DNA from: Spirogloea muscicola | Taxonomy: Eukaryota | Length of the DNA: 64,000 bases | Direction: 5' to 3' | NCBI GenBank assembly: GCA_009602725.1 | Contig: WELB01000007.1 | Span: 293,116 to 357,115, forward strand | Part shown: one piece after another, positions 1 through 13,145 of the stretch | How positions within the stretch are numbered: position 1 is the first letter of the stretch | Layout: the number at the start of each line of letters is the position of its first letter | Position numbers and translations under genes: made by a program | The notes under the pieces: generated by a model | What the model was told of the DNA's origin: nothing | What the model saw: only the letters and a program-made list of their open reading frames with translations | Databases searched by the model: none

Positions 1-120
1 CCGGCGCCGGCTGGGAATATCCTCGCCGCGGCCTGGCCCCCCCGGCCTCGCCTCCTACTTCGACCGCCCCCCCTCCGGCTCCCAACTCACACCCCACACT
101 CCCCCCCTCCCGTTACCATC

Positions 121-1718
121 ATGGCCGCCCTCAAGCTCGCCGTCCTCCTCGTCCTCGTCGCCGCCGCTTCCACCGCCTCTGGTACGCTCTCCGCTTCACT
201 CTCCGCCCCGCCCTCTCCGCTACTCTAGCCATGACCACCCTCTGTGTGCTCCTGGCTGGCTTTCACAGCCGCTCTTCCAGCACCAGCAGCCGCATTCCTC
301 TGCCCGCTGCTCACCTTCCACTCCGGTGTCACATGTCACTGCACGCCGTCCCGCAACTGCTCACATGCTCCCTGCCTGCTCTCCTGCCCACAGCCCAGCA
401 GTGCCCGCCCGCCAACGGCGTCTGCGCCGCTGGCTCCGGCTGCTATGGCTCCGACTGCAGCAGCTACTGCGGTGAGCACAAGCTACCTGCCCTGGGAACC
501 GCTTGCTAAGTCGGACCAGCGAGCCCGGCCCTCACATCAGGACACCGAGCCCGCTTTCTCAAGGAAGAGCAGAAGCCCTTTGCACCTGCACAAAGTGCCT
601 CCGTAGTACCCACCCTATTGTCTTTGGTAATCCCCTCCACTCACCCACCTTTGCTGCAGCAGAGTGACCTTGGCCATCCTTTTGCCTCCGCACATTGTGG
701 CAACTTAAGTAACTGAGGCAACTGCTGTTTCCTGCCCTGGCAGTGTGCCTGCACGGTTCTACATGCTTCGATGGTCCCACTGGCAATGGTACATGCAACT
801 GCAACAAGACCACCGATCCGGGCCACTTCGCCGGTGGCTTCTGCAGCAACTGTGCGGATAATTACGACTTCAGCACGGGCTGCACCACGGGTGTGCGCGA
901 GCTGTCCACATTCTCTCCTGAACATCAATTGCTTTACATTCCAGTAATTGCTGTGGCCACAGAGCTGCTGCACACTCTTACCTCATGCAAATCATGCTTT
1001 GGTAGGACAAAGTCGAAGAAGACTGCCCTGTGGTCACTCCTGATAATCCTTCTGTCTTTGGCATGCAGTGATCGACCCCTGCCTCGGAACGCCCTACCAG
1101 GCTGCCAAGACCTGCCCCATTCACTCCACCTGCACCTTCCAGAACCCTGGCAATGCCACCTGCGAGTGCGATGCGGGCTATGAGTACAGCACCTTCTTCA
1201 GGACCTGTGTCCGTACGTTCGCCAGCCCTCTACCAACCCAATTGCTTTCCCTTTCTCCCTGCCTAGTATAACTGCAATGCTTGTTTTCACTGTACCTTTG
1301 TCAGCCCACATACATCTCTTCCTGAAGCCTGACGCAATGCTTTCTTTCCTGTAACTCAGCTATCCTGTACTGCTTCAAGTTCCCCCCGGTGTGCCCGATC
1401 TTGTCCTACTGCACCCAGAGCGTCATTGGCGCCTTCAACTGCACCTGCTTCCCGACTCTCCACCCTGTTGGCCCCGACCAGGCCCCCGGCCAGGTCGGGA
1501 GGTGCTGCTTCCAGGGCCAGACCACCTGCAACTACTGTAAGTGTCCAAAAACCTCCCTCTTGCTCCCCCCAGCTGAGGACTGCCTGTGCGCACAGATCCA
1601 AGTTCATCAATCTGTGCATGTGTCAGCTGGCAATATCTCCAGTCTGCTACTCAATACTTCAGGGTTTCATTTGCCTTGCTTCTTGTGTGCTTGTGCAGCT
1701 TACCCGAAGTTCCCATAA
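121..1718 (+). CDS. Secreted cysteine-rich EGF-like repeat protein (~208 aa, 6 exons)
   Basis: Exons 121-181, 394-471, 744-890, 1069-1212, 1360-1536, 1699-1718 join in frame with GT-AG introns. Signal peptide MAALKLAVLLVLVAAASTAS; EGF-like modules such as CLHGSTCFDGPTGNGTCNC and DPC...CPIHSTC...ATCECDAGY. Confidence 0.85.
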
Positions 1719-2909
1719 ATTTGATAGAGCAATACGCAAGCCATCAACCACCAATAGTGTAGTGGCTCAATTCTTGACAACAGCAATTTTGACATGCAAA
1801 ACGACAGAGCAAATATCTAGTTTGCTCCATACTGAGCTTTTATGGACACTGAACAGTAGCATAGACTCACCTTGGTCTCCATGGGAGGCTTTTCTTTGAA
1901 AGTATACAGGGAAACCCCTTGCCCAAAGTTTCTATCTCTTGTCAATACCACTCCTTGTCTTCGTTTCTTAGGTGTTATCACAGTTTACTATTTAAGCTCT
2001 CAAAAACCTGCGCACACTGCCCTCCCACTCGTGAAATCATAAAAATCGTAAGATTTGGTCTCGCTTTGGTTTTTGGAGCTACAAGAATACATCGAAAGAC
2101 AGATTTGGTATGGGTCTTTGCACACATTGTAAAGAGAAGTGAAGCCGAGAGTATTATCTTCCTATCAGTATCTTCCCCTAGAATGTAATCGTTAAGGCTA
2201 ATAAATCTAGAAATTGTTAAATCACTTGGATATGAAAGTATTGGGATTACAAGAAGGAACACCTAAAACAATCAAACTAATATTACCAAGTATTAAACTC
2301 CCAAGACCAAAACGTGGAAATTATGCCGTCAACAGCACTCTTGTCTGTTTCTTCATTATTGTCACGATGTTCTTCTGAGCTTTCCGCAACCTGCACACAT
2401 AGCCTCAAAATGGTGGAATAATGAAATCGAAGAAAGTTTTCAATCTTTGCAAATAGAAATCTTGCTTTGGTCTGAATTACAAGTAAACATCGATTGGACA
2501 GTGTTGGAAGGAACATTTGTGCACAAGGAGAGGTCAAACAGACTGTACTATCTTCATCAGAATTCTTCCCCTAGAATGTAGGGGGAAGGTCAAAAAATTT
2601 AGAAAGTGTCACACATTTCCTTCAAGTCTTGGGAGTGAATGTAAACCTTGCACCCAACACCAATCTACCAAGAGCATTTACATAAGAATCGTTACACTGC
2701 CACAAAGTGGATCCTGACCTGACATATTCGAAACATACTATACATACTAGGATACCCTCAGTCACTTCTCGATCGACCTTGACTGATTAGTTCCATTTGG
2801 TGGTTTCATTCACAAGCATTAGTATTTGTCCACCTATCTGCTTTCGTTTGCAAGAGGATGCTACATAAGCCCAGCCCTTTCACATAGGGAATGCTCTGGA
2901 AAAACGCTA

Positions 2910-2993
2910 TTGGCCCCTTCGGACCTTTGTCCATTTTATTTGGGCTGGCTGTTCACAGCCCTCGCCCACTGGAAGAGCCACTTCCTTTCTTTC
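2910..2993 (+). mobile_element. Isolated 3'-terminal fragment of CRE-like retroelement (A/E-type)
   Basis: ggccccttcggacctttgtccatt...gggctggctgttcacagccc...gagccacttcctttcttt matches the 3' ends at 5790-5870 and 24215-24300. Confidence 0.7.
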
Positions 2994-5282
2994 AAAGCGA
3001 TACACAGCTCAATCAGTACCACACACCAAAATTGGTCTTACTGCCACTTGAATTCTGCAAAAGCAAGCCCAATGAACATGCCTATGTAGAAGAGCACGAT
3101 CTTCTTTCTGGGTTTCCCGCCAGGCTCTAATTTTCATGAATGACACAGCTCTGTTGTCTTGGTATGCTTCAGACAAGGCCTCCCAAGCTACTGGCCTTGT
3201 GTTTTGCCTGCTCAATTGGTAGGCCATCCCCCTCATACGGGCAGGAGTATGCAAGCTCAGTGAGCTGAAACGTAGCTGAATAATCTGTGGATCCCCATGA
3301 TAAGGTGTCTCGACAAGGGTCTCCTGTTGTTGCCATCTCTCACGTGAGCTCGAGCAGCACCTCTTATTGAGAAAGTGGACCTTACCTCCGTTTGCCGGGC
3401 TGGTAAGGTGGCTAACCTCCCCAAACGTTTGCTAATATTTGAACCACATAACAAAGTTACAAGCTGGCCCCCCTTGCCCCTCAACGTGCCTTCAGTCCTT
3501 GGCCCCCTCCTCTGGGCCTCTAGCCCCTTGTTGCTGCGATTGCCAGCGCACCATCCTCTCCAACACAAGCCGCTCATAAGGGCGCCATCATTACCTGTGC
3601 CGCCAATGCTGGCAATTGCTCCAGCAGCTCACGCATGCTCGCCTCCAGATCATGCAACGACTTTCTCAAGTGCTCCTGCGCTACCTGCACACATCACCAC
3701 CAATATATTGTTGCTTAGCAGACCTGACAATTGCCCAACCTTGCTGCATGCTGGTGCAACCCCTGCACTAGCAAAGCATGGACAGCAGCTCTTTTTGCAA
3801 CAATGTCCCCTACCCACCTTGGCACTCTCCAGAACGCTATCGCACTCCTCCATCTTCGAGGCCTGCTCCAACTTTATCAGTCCAGCACCTTCCAACACAA
3901 ATCTGCGTATTGCAAGTGGGCAAGTGCCAAGACCACACTATCAAGCGCGTACAGAAAAGCAAAGGCTACGCTTTTGTGTGAGTTGGAAAGACAAGTGTAA
4001 CAGCGCAACAAAGTATCAGAAAGGAACATAACATGGTGTGCCAGCCCAGTCAGTGGTGTGGAGCTTCATCTGGCCTGTCTTGCAGGAATGCATCTGCAAA
4101 GTGTTGTGGTTTTGTGGTAGGTGTCTACTAGCTTGATCCCAGAAATGGAACTCACGCTTTGCCTAAGCAAGCAGACAACCAGTCAGAGGGTCAGGTCGAG
4201 CTGCTTCCTCACACCTCACTTCACTACTCTTTCAGCAGGACAGCTTGGCCTCAGGACTCTGGCCGCAACAGCTCACCCTTGACAGGCTGCGCATTGGCTT
4301 TCACATTTTTTGAGCGATGTCGTACCATTACTAGATAAGCAGTACAGCTTTTGACAGGACATGGGCACGTAGGACCTAATGAATGCAGATGTGACCTGCA
4401 AGCACAGATCTGCAAGCACAGTGATGAAGGGTGATGCCTTCCACCTAACGGCTTGTATGTCCTTGTGTCAGTCGGCAGTAAGTCCAGTTCCTGGAGAGTC
4501 AATGTCGCCCTTTTCTTCTCTGCCGCTTTTGTGGCCATCTGCACTGTCACCTGCGGCTGAGGTGGTGGCAGATTAGTGTAGCCTTTGCTGGTACAGATTA
4601 CTAACGTGCAGCGGATGAACGACTGGCTTGGCGGCCTGTTTAGCAGGTCGTGTACTGCCGTGATCAACACAGACGTGGCCGACTACATAGGGCCGTCTGT
4701 GCCCAAGAACGACTACATTTCCGCCAAGATGGAGAATAGCCTGGAGGGAGGACCTGCTTCAGCTTGGTGCTGGTCTCAACAAGGCGGCCCTGCAGCTCCG
4801 CAAAAGCCTGCAGATCGAGCCTCGACTGCTGTCATGAGGAGGACCGAGTCACGATGATCTGATACAGAGGAATATCCGGCAGAATTTGGCAATGTGGAGC
4901 AGGCACTGGACCGGGTAGGACACAGGAGGGAAGGAGAGAGGGAGGGAGTGAGGGAGGGGGCCAGGGAGGTAGTGTGCAATCCAATCATCTGCAGGCGGGG
5001 TTTGCGTGCGCTGGCTGGAGCGAGAGGAGGGAGGGCAAGGAGCTGCTGTAGGTACTGGCCAGAGAGAGGGAGGGAGGGAGGAAGAGAGGAGAGAGTGCGG
5101 GGCGGGCCGGGCGTGCCTCGCGGCTGGCGGCGTCTGCAGCCATGGCGTGGCGCAGGCGACGGGGGGGCTGGGGGCGGGGCCCCGCCGCGGCCCAGCCCTG
5201 GAGATGCCTCTGCCGCCACCACAAAGCTCCCCTTCCCTGCCCAAGTACAAGAAGACAACGGGGCGCCCTAAGGGAAGCAAAT

Positions 5283-6598
5283 GGCGCGCCCTGAGAGAAG
5301 AGGGGCTAGCAAACAGACCTTGTCCATTCCTTGGGCTTTAGATGAAGGGCTCGCCCATTGAGGATAGGGGCTGGAAAAAGCCAGCCCAAAGAAGAATGAG
5401 CAAAGGACGAGAAGGGGCCAGGGGAAGTACAAAGCCAGCCCAGAAAGGTATGGACAATGTCCGCAGGCCTCAAAGAAGTGGAGTGGCGAGAGAAGTGGCT
5501 CTCCCAATCGGGGCAAGTGCTATGAAAAGCGGCGAGCAGCGGCGAGCAGCGGCCCGCCGCCACGGGCAGCAGGGCGAGCAGCCTGGCTTCCAGCGGTCCA
5601 TGGCCCACGCCTTGCATCTGCGTGCTGGCCGTGCTCTCGCTGCGGCCTCCGGCTTTCGTCAGGGGGATAGTTTACCGGCAGCTAGTCTGTCGGATGTGAG
5701 GCTCCTCACTCGTAACTACTAAGTGGTCCATCCTCCCCCGTTCTGCCATAGCCTCTTCAGGCCCCGCAGTCGCTGCTTAGCTCGTAATTTGGCCCCTTCG
5801 AACCTTGTCAATTCTTTTCGGGCTGGCTTCTCACAGCCCTTGCCCCCATTGGGAGAGCCACTTCTTCTTTCAATGCAGCCTGGCTTCAACGTCGCCGGGT
5901 CCCTCGCCCAAGTCTTCCGGAAGCGCTTGGCCGTCTCTTTGCGGTCCCTAGCTTTCGCGGTCCACTTGCGCGCAGGCCGCGCTCTGGCGGCGGCCTCCGA
6001 CTTCCGTCAGGGCGACGTCTTTCCGCCTGCTAGCTATTTAGATTTGCATCTACTGACTAGAGGTTACTGAGAGCCCGCTTGCTGCTGTCTCAGTCCTTAG
6101 CACTCCGGCTCCTTCAGACCTTGTCCGTTCCTTTTGGCTGGCCTCTCCCAGCCACCAGTTAATCTGGCCGCACTTGCTGTGAAAAGAAGAAGAAGAAGTG
6201 GCTCTCCCACTGGGGGCAAGGGCTGTGAGAAGCCAGCCCGAAAAGAATTAACGAAGGTTCGAAGGGGCCACAATGACGGAGGGGCCCAAAAATGCTATGG
6301 CAGAACGGGTGGAGGATGGACCACTCAGTAGCTACGAGTGAGGAGCCTCAAATCCGACAGACTAGCTGCCGGAAAACTATCCCGCGACGAAAGCCAGAGG
6401 CTGCAGCGAGAGCACGGCCAGCACGCAGATGCAAGGCGTGGGCCATGGACCGCTGAAGGGAGATTGACAAACGCATGCGATAGACTTGGGCCCACGAGCC
6501 AGCGGCGTTGAAGTCAGCCGGCTCACTTTGCCTGCGGGACACAGAGCGCCGCGCAAGCCTGGCCAGCAGGTCGAGCCACTGGGACCCGGGAGCCCTGA
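5283..6598. mobile_element. Mosaic of 3' ends of RLE-type non-LTR retroelements (C/D fragments minus; A then B plus; A minus)
   Basis: ORF tails ...QRSMAHALHLRAGRALAAASG...SDVRLLTRNY* (stop 5722) and ...LDLHLLTRGY* (stop 6070), each followed by a family-specific 3' UTR with the shared hairpin. Inverted A copy at about 6182-6598. Confidence 0.8.
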
Positions 6599-6599
6599 G

Positions 6600-7985
6600 C
6601 CTCCAGGAAATGATGTCAGGCCCTTCTGGTTGGCTCTCCAACCACCTACGGGCCTCTTCCAGGTTGGAGGTTCTCCCTGCTCCTCACCACCTGCCGGCAG
6701 CTTGCCAGGGCCGCCATTCGCCCCTGTATCACTGGCGCCCTGCATTGCAGCCACCTGCTGGCCCTCGCTAAGACGACAAGCGGTGTGAGGTCCATCGCAA
6801 TGACGGAGGTCATCATGCGGCTGGTGACCAAGGCCATGTGCAACGAGCTGAAGCCCCAGCTGTCCGGCCAATATTCGCCCCACCAGTCTGGCGCGGGCAT
6901 GTCTTTGCCGGGCAGAGGCCCTCGTCAAACGGCATCAGCTTGACGTGCAGCCCTTGACATCGTCCCCCAATGAATATTCCTCGGGCTAGACTTGAATGTC
7001 TTTGACACAGTGGAGCGCAGCGATATCATTGAGCTGCGCAAGCATTCACTACGCTGGTCCCCTCCCTCCTCATGGCATATGGCCGTCCAGGGCAGCGCGA
7101 CTACTTCTCTGTGGTGGTCACCTCCTTTCTCATGGCCTATGGCTGTCCAGGGCCGCTGCTGTGGCAAGCATGGGAGACATGGAAGACGCTGCGGTCTACG
7201 ACTGGCACATGCTAGGGTGACCCCCTCAGCCCAAGTTTACCCCGGCTTGGTAAATTTGTGGGCACGTAGTACAATTAGAGCTTGCACCTCACCTCCTCTT
7301 TCCCTCCTACGCCAACGACACACAGACATTGTTGGCCCATCCGCAGAGGTCGTGGCTGCCTTCAGTCGTCCACTAATTGGCAACATGGGCCCGCAATTTC
7401 ACCCCTCAATCAGCGTGGCATAGTTCCCAAGCAGTCTTCCCATCCTCCAGCTTCCCCAAGGCTGCCAGAACTCCGGCACTTGGGCTGATTATCCATGAGG
7501 TCCCATTTTCCACACCATTTGGTAGAGGACTTCCGTGAATGCTCACAGAAGCACCTTGCCGCGATTGCTCCCTGCCAGCTGCAGTTGACATCTTTAGTTG
7601 CATAGATCCTCATCTGCATACCAAATTCGGGAATTTTGCCCTTCAAGCATATGCACGACGTGAGGACGTGATTTCAGCTAACATGGGCTTGCTAACAGCA
7701 CTTCGTCGTTCTTACGCAGTCGTGTGTCAGCCTCTTTGCAGCGAGCTCAGGCTCATGCTTTGCACCAGAAAGCTGGACGAGCCTTTATTCGTTGGCACAA
7801 GGCCAGTATCTTCTTTGTGCCGTCTGGTACATGGTCATCGCTGAACGACTCCTACTTGCTGACCCATTGAGAGCGTCGGCCTAGCAGCAGGTCATGTACA
7901 TCTGCAGATGTGCTTGTCTTTGTACTTGGCCACCCAGGCCTCCCATCACTCAACACGTCTTCCCTATTGGCCGCTCTTGCCTCTA
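6600..7985 (+). pseudogene. Decayed, internally deleted CRE-like non-LTR retrotransposon (RT and RLE remnants, family H)
   Basis: RT motifs in order: SGPSGW (6616), HLLALAKTTSGVRSIAMTEVIMRLVTK...PHQSGAG (6752-6898), LDLNVFDTVER (~6985), STTGTC*GDPLSP (~7195-7233; QGDPL with nonsense change), YAND (7308; YADD). Then RLE C-terminus PAAVDIFSCIDP...RVSASLQRAQAHALHQKAGRA and the family-H 3' UTR. Frameshifts and stops are present. Confidence 0.85.
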
Positions 7986-8049
7986 AGCAGCAGGCGGCCT
8001 CCAGCAAAGAATGTAGGTACTTGGCAGCTCTAGCCCTCCCGCAGGAAAG

Positions 8050-8950
8050 ACACTGTTCTCTCAAGAGGGCGCGATGGCTTTGAATGGCCAGCCCAACAGA
8101 GGGAATGGCAAGGTCTGCAGGGGCCCGCAAGCGCAAAAACGCACAGCTACGCAAGTTGCTATTCCGACTATTAATCGCTCAGATATCCTGGTCAGCAGCC
8201 GCACGTCAGAGTAGCTTGCAGCCGGAATAGTGTCCCCCCGGCGGAATCTGGAAGCTGCAGCCAGACCGCTGCCCACCAACGCACAGCAACAGCCTGAGGA
8301 CGCTGGACGTGAGACTGACAGGCGCATGGGAACCCCTGAGCGCGCGACCCAGCGGCATTGAAGTGGGGCTGCTCATCTGCTGCCGTCGGCGTCGGGTGAT
8401 CACACGCCAGGCAAGCTGCTATAGAAGATAAGAGAACGCGGCTGCTCATATCAAGGGGCGGGTGTGACAGCCAGTCAACTGCATACAGGAAAATCTGGAG
8501 AGCATCTACACTACACGGAGCTGCAGGAGAAGAAGAAGAGGAGGCGCGTGGTGCGCATGAGATGGAAGGGTGGCCAAACCGAGCCAATATAATTTTCACT
8601 TGAAGGGAAGGCAAAAGGACAGCAGAGAACGGGGCTCACAACGTGAAGCTCTAGGCTAAGAGGGGTTTCAGGTGCAGGGCGGAGACTAAGCAAGAGGGGA
8701 GCTTTTACTACCCTCGAGTTTGCGCGCACAGATTCAACAGGCCAACTTTGGAAGCCCGAGCACCTCCTCGGAAGCCAGTAGCCTGACGATGATGAGAGCT
8801 GTTTGCGCAAGGGGCGATGGGTGTTCGAGGCCTGCCCATAGGATTGACAAGGACTTCAGGGGCCGGAAAGTGCAGACCTTGCAGCTACGCAAGTGGCTGC
8901 TACGAGCGGATGATCATTCATGCGCACACCTTGCGTTCTCTCTAACACTC
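8050..8950 (-). mobile_element. Cluster of older retroelement 3' fragments (including G- and F-type ends)
   Basis: Minus-strand tail ...PAASYSDVRLLTRI (~8180-8370), G-type UTR (~8430-8490), F-type end gaagaagaagaggaggcgcgtggtgcgcatga (~8528-8560). Confidence 0.65.
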
Positions 8951-9532
8951 GCCACTCTCTCGCAAGGCACGTCAGCCCTCCACTTGGACCAGCACAACAA
9001 GATGACGTTGCCCTACTCCACCTGCCTCAACACCTGCGCTGTAATTGAGAGGCTTGGACAGGAACACGCCCTGCGTAATCCTTCTTCCTCCCCTCCAACC
9101 CACTGTATTTACTTCTTAAGCGAAGCTTGAGCAATGTAAAAGCGCACCTGAAATGTTCTGTGTGAATTTGGCTTGCCTACAGAGCCGCTCATTGACGACA
9201 GTACACTGAAATTTTTCCAAATCCTGCAAATACATGGCACATTATTCTTCTTGCCTGGCTGCTGCGCGTCTAACGCTGCTCCAGGGCTCCAGAAGCACAT
9301 TGCTTTACACAGTGCCATTACCGTCTACGTCGAGGAGTGCCTGTCCAATCACAGGCAGATGACAGTACAATAATGAACACTTGCGCATGTCTCAACTTGA
9401 GCTCATGCTGCTAAGGTCCACGCTCCCGGCTCACACCCGAAGGCTCACATCAGATGGCATCCACTCCATCTTCCGGTTGACAGACTGCTCCTTTGAGCAG
9501 CTTCTAGCCAGGGCTGCACTACGCTGGCTTTG

Positions 9533-12500
9533 CTACAGCTTCAGGTCTGTCCGAGAAGCCCACTCAAAGATTGGGGAGTACACGCGGTCACCAAGTTCCT
9601 TGCCAGGCATGCCGGCAGCAATGCGTATTATGTCCTCCAAGAGGGCAAAGTTGCCCATAATGTCCACGTGACTTCCACTTTGCGTGCCCCTGCCCTCCAG
9701 CAAGCTACTGGGAGGCGAGTGCTCGTACTCTCGCACGTATGTTGCGGCACCTGATGGATTGAACCTGGTCTTGCCTCTCCATCCCTTGGCGCACATGAAG
9801 CCGGCACTGATAACAGGGATGGTCTCATCCCCATCCACGAAATGTGTGCCCTGCTTCAGGCAGGAGATGTGCTCGTACTCGTCCTTGCCATTCTGGGTCG
9901 CATTCTGGGGCTTGGGGAGAGGAGACTCCACCGTTGTGTTGATGCGGAAAGGAATGAAGCAGCGCTCATCAGGAGGTGCCACCTTGTAGACATAGGCGCG
10001 CTCAGTTGGCAAGCCAACGCCATACAGGCAGTAGACCTCCATGTCGGGCGCGTTTGGCAACCTGCAGGACAGGGCAGCATGTAAATCAGCCTTCCTCAGC
10101 CGCTCCTTCAGAGAAGCACTCCGTTTGGCACCACCAAAGTCGAGGCGCCTGTGTCCAGCAGTATCAGTAGGAGAGAACAGACAATGATGACCATTGACGG
10201 CTGAACTGAGAGTCGGACGGTTGATGCATAAGCTCTAGCAGTAAGGACTAGCAGTAAAAGCAGCAGGATGATAGAAGACTGATAAGGTTCAATGCTTTAG
10301 GAGGGCAACCTTGCAAGGAGCCTGACCATGCTTGCCGAGATACTTACGTGCTCTCTAAAGGATTGGTCCAGTACTTTGGTTTGTCATACTCCTTGCTGGA
10401 CAGGTCATCTGCAATGCCAAACCCGTAATTCGCATCTGCCCGCTGCATGAGTCTGGGCGCGACAAGCCTGAGCAGCTCAAGTATACCGCCGTCTCCCTTC
10501 TTGGCTCCAGGGCGCGGGTCCTTGCCAGCTGTGTAAACTCCGTGAGCAGCCACAGCCTGCACAGTCACATCGCTCAGCTCTCTGTACTCTGTCCAGGCAT
10601 CTCCGCAGCTCGCAACCTTCTCCTGCGCCGTCTTTGCATGCTTGTGCTGCACATGGACAAGGTAATGCCCACAGGTGCTAGGAATTAGAGTCACACAAAC
10701 TTAGAGCATGGAAACAACTTAAGAGAAGCTGGTAGTCTCTAACTTGCAGGCAGTTTGCAATGAAATGCTTTAAGACGCCCTCGCTTGTGACGGGTTTGTC
10801 TGCATTGCTTACTGGAAGGGCACGGGCACCAACTGCGGCAGCATGTGCACATGCATAAGATGCTGTGGCACATTGCAAACAGCGCCAAGGGGCGTCAACA
10901 GGGTAACCATGACAAGACAGGCTCAGCCTCACCTCGTGCAGAGCATTCTGATTGGCCTCCTGCAGCTCCAAAACCTTGTCCTTGTGCAGTTGGGCAAAGT
11001 CAGCACCAAACGACAGAAGTCGTCCAAAGTATGCCGGCGTCCTTCTAACTTGCCTTAGCTTCTCCTTTCCAGCATCACCCTCCTTCTTTGCAACGAAGGG
11101 GCCTGTCTTGGCGGTGCGGTTCTTGAAATCGTAGCAGGCATCGCCCTCTTCAGGTGACCAATCAAGCCCACCCCAGATGGTCTCGCCCCCCTTGGGTAGC
11201 ATGGACGCTGACGACTCCCAGGTCCTTGTAAGCTGGAGGAGAGTGGAGCCACAAGCATTAGAAGCTTGTCTGCTGATGCCCAATCTGACGCAAGTCAAAG
11301 GTGAGAATGCAATTAACTACTGTTGGCTACAAGCTGTGGGGGCTTTTCTGTGGAGCGCACGTGCAGTGCGATGTCTCAGCAACAATGCTACTAGCCGCAC
11401 AGCAGAAGCTGCTCCTGCATGACAGAAGGGCTCTGGTCTGCCCCTAAGATGTGGATCTGGTCTGCCACAGGGTTGCCAGCAAGCTTGCATGAGGCGGAGG
11501 CTCGACTATGATGGGGCTCACTTTCATGGCATACTGCAGCATCTGTATGTGGTCAATGACGCCTGGGGCGATGGATCTGCCAAGCGCAGCACAGCATCCT
11601 TCCACATTACAGTCTCTGTGCATCTATGCCGTGGTTGTGACCGAAAGGCAAGCCAGAGTGAAGAGCATGCAGGTGGTGTTGATTAGAACGACATTGTGGA
11701 GAGCCCTGCATATTCACTGGGCATCAGACTGGGTTTCAGCTGGAAGTTGCTCACAGGGCCACTGCAATGTCCTTCGCCTCGCAGGCAAAGACACCGGAGA
11801 AGACTTTGGGAGCTCCCAGGATTGGGCCGGCAATGTTGATGAGCGCGTGGACATGGTCGCTGACCCAGGTGGGGCCCCCTCCTCCTCCAGTCGGGGCAGG
11901 GGCCTCCACCCACTTGAGGAAGAAGGACAGCATCAAGCAGCCCATGGAGTGGGGTACAATGACCACCTTTTGGCCGTTACTCTTCACCATTGCCTCGATG
12001 TTGGCCTTCAGCCTGGTGAGGGTCCCATCCCTCTCCTGCCAAAGGTAAGAGAAGACAAGGTGACGGCCTTGTCGAGCGAGAGCTGAAGAGCTCAACAGAC
12101 ACTCAACTGTTGGACAGCGCTGCAGCAGCAATCCAGCCCCAGGCTTCTTGGAGAAAGGGGAGATCGGCGAGCACAGGATGCAGCTGTTGAAGCACGGGGC
12201 AATGCACAGCTCTAACTGAAGCTGCCTTTGGCTGACCAGCGTGGCAAAAGCGCCAGTCAGCCGTCCACCTCGGTTTTGGAAAAGGACAGGCGCCAGTCGT
12301 AGGACGCCATGTACATGCTGCGCTCGTCGTACCCGATCTTGGCCAGCTGCTCGATGAGCACGGCCCAGACGAAGTAGCCTGGCATGAAGTAGTCGGCGGC
12401 AATGAGGCCGCTGACGGGGCGCACGCGGATGCCGCGCGGATCCAGGCCGGTCTCATTGTCCAGCGCCATGTGATCGAGCCAGCAGAAGGGCCTGCAGAGC

Positions 12501-13140
12501 AGCTGCAGCTGGGGCGTGAGGAGAGCCGCCTGCACCACGACCAGCATGGCTGGGACTGCCGGCAGCTCCACACGGCCAGCTGCAAGGCTAGAAGGAGGCC
12601 ATTCCGATCGGATCGCCCAGGCCCGGTCGGCAGCGACAGAGGAGGGCAGAGGAGCGGGGGCGGTCACCGCTTGTAGGCGTCGCCAAAGGTGCCGCCCCAC
12701 AGGCGCTTGCGGAAGAGGCCGTTGGCGCAGGGGCGGTACTCCCAGAGCTCCAGGCCGCCGGTGACGATGCCGGGCACGAAGACGACGGGGTGGCGCACGG
12801 TGAGGCCCTCGCGGCGGAGGCGGACGCCGGGGGGGTCCGCAGCGGAGCCGGTGATCACCTCCGTCAGCTTCTCGCCGAGCGAGATGAGGTGCACCTCGGG
12901 CAGCAGGCGCACGAGCAGCAGCCCGGCGGTCCACAGCACCGCCACATTGCCCAGCGTCCAGCAGCACGAGTTGTAGCAGCCCCAGGAGCTGGCGCCCGAC
13001 CTCGCTTGGGGGCTGGGCTTGCGGGGCGGGGGTGGCTTGCCGGGCCCGGCGCCGTCGGCGGGGGGCCGGGGGCCGCTGCCGCTGTCGTCGCCGCCGCCGC
13101 CGCCGCTGCCGCCGCCGCGGCGGCGGCGCAGGAACTGCAT
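9533..13140 (-). CDS. PDAT: Phospholipid:diacylglycerol acyltransferase (LCAT family), spliced
   Basis: Motifs HPVVFVPGIVTGGLELWE, ADYFMPGYFVWAVLIE, YDWRLS, VVIVPHSMG, LPNAPDMEVYCLYGVG, DGDETIPVIS, HVDIMGN. ATG at 13140, TAG at 9533. Confidence 0.93.
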
Positions 13141-13145
13141 GGCGG

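Noticed and set aside
3257..4031. ORFs of 100-218 aa in the first intergenic region
   Set aside because: No recognisable motifs or consistent splice structure.
5790..5870. 3' hairpin module as an HDV-like or hammerhead ribozyme
   Set aside because: No CTGATGA/GAAA core, and the position resembling the HDV catalytic C is not conserved (C in families C/D, A in family A). It sits at the 3' end, not the 5' end.
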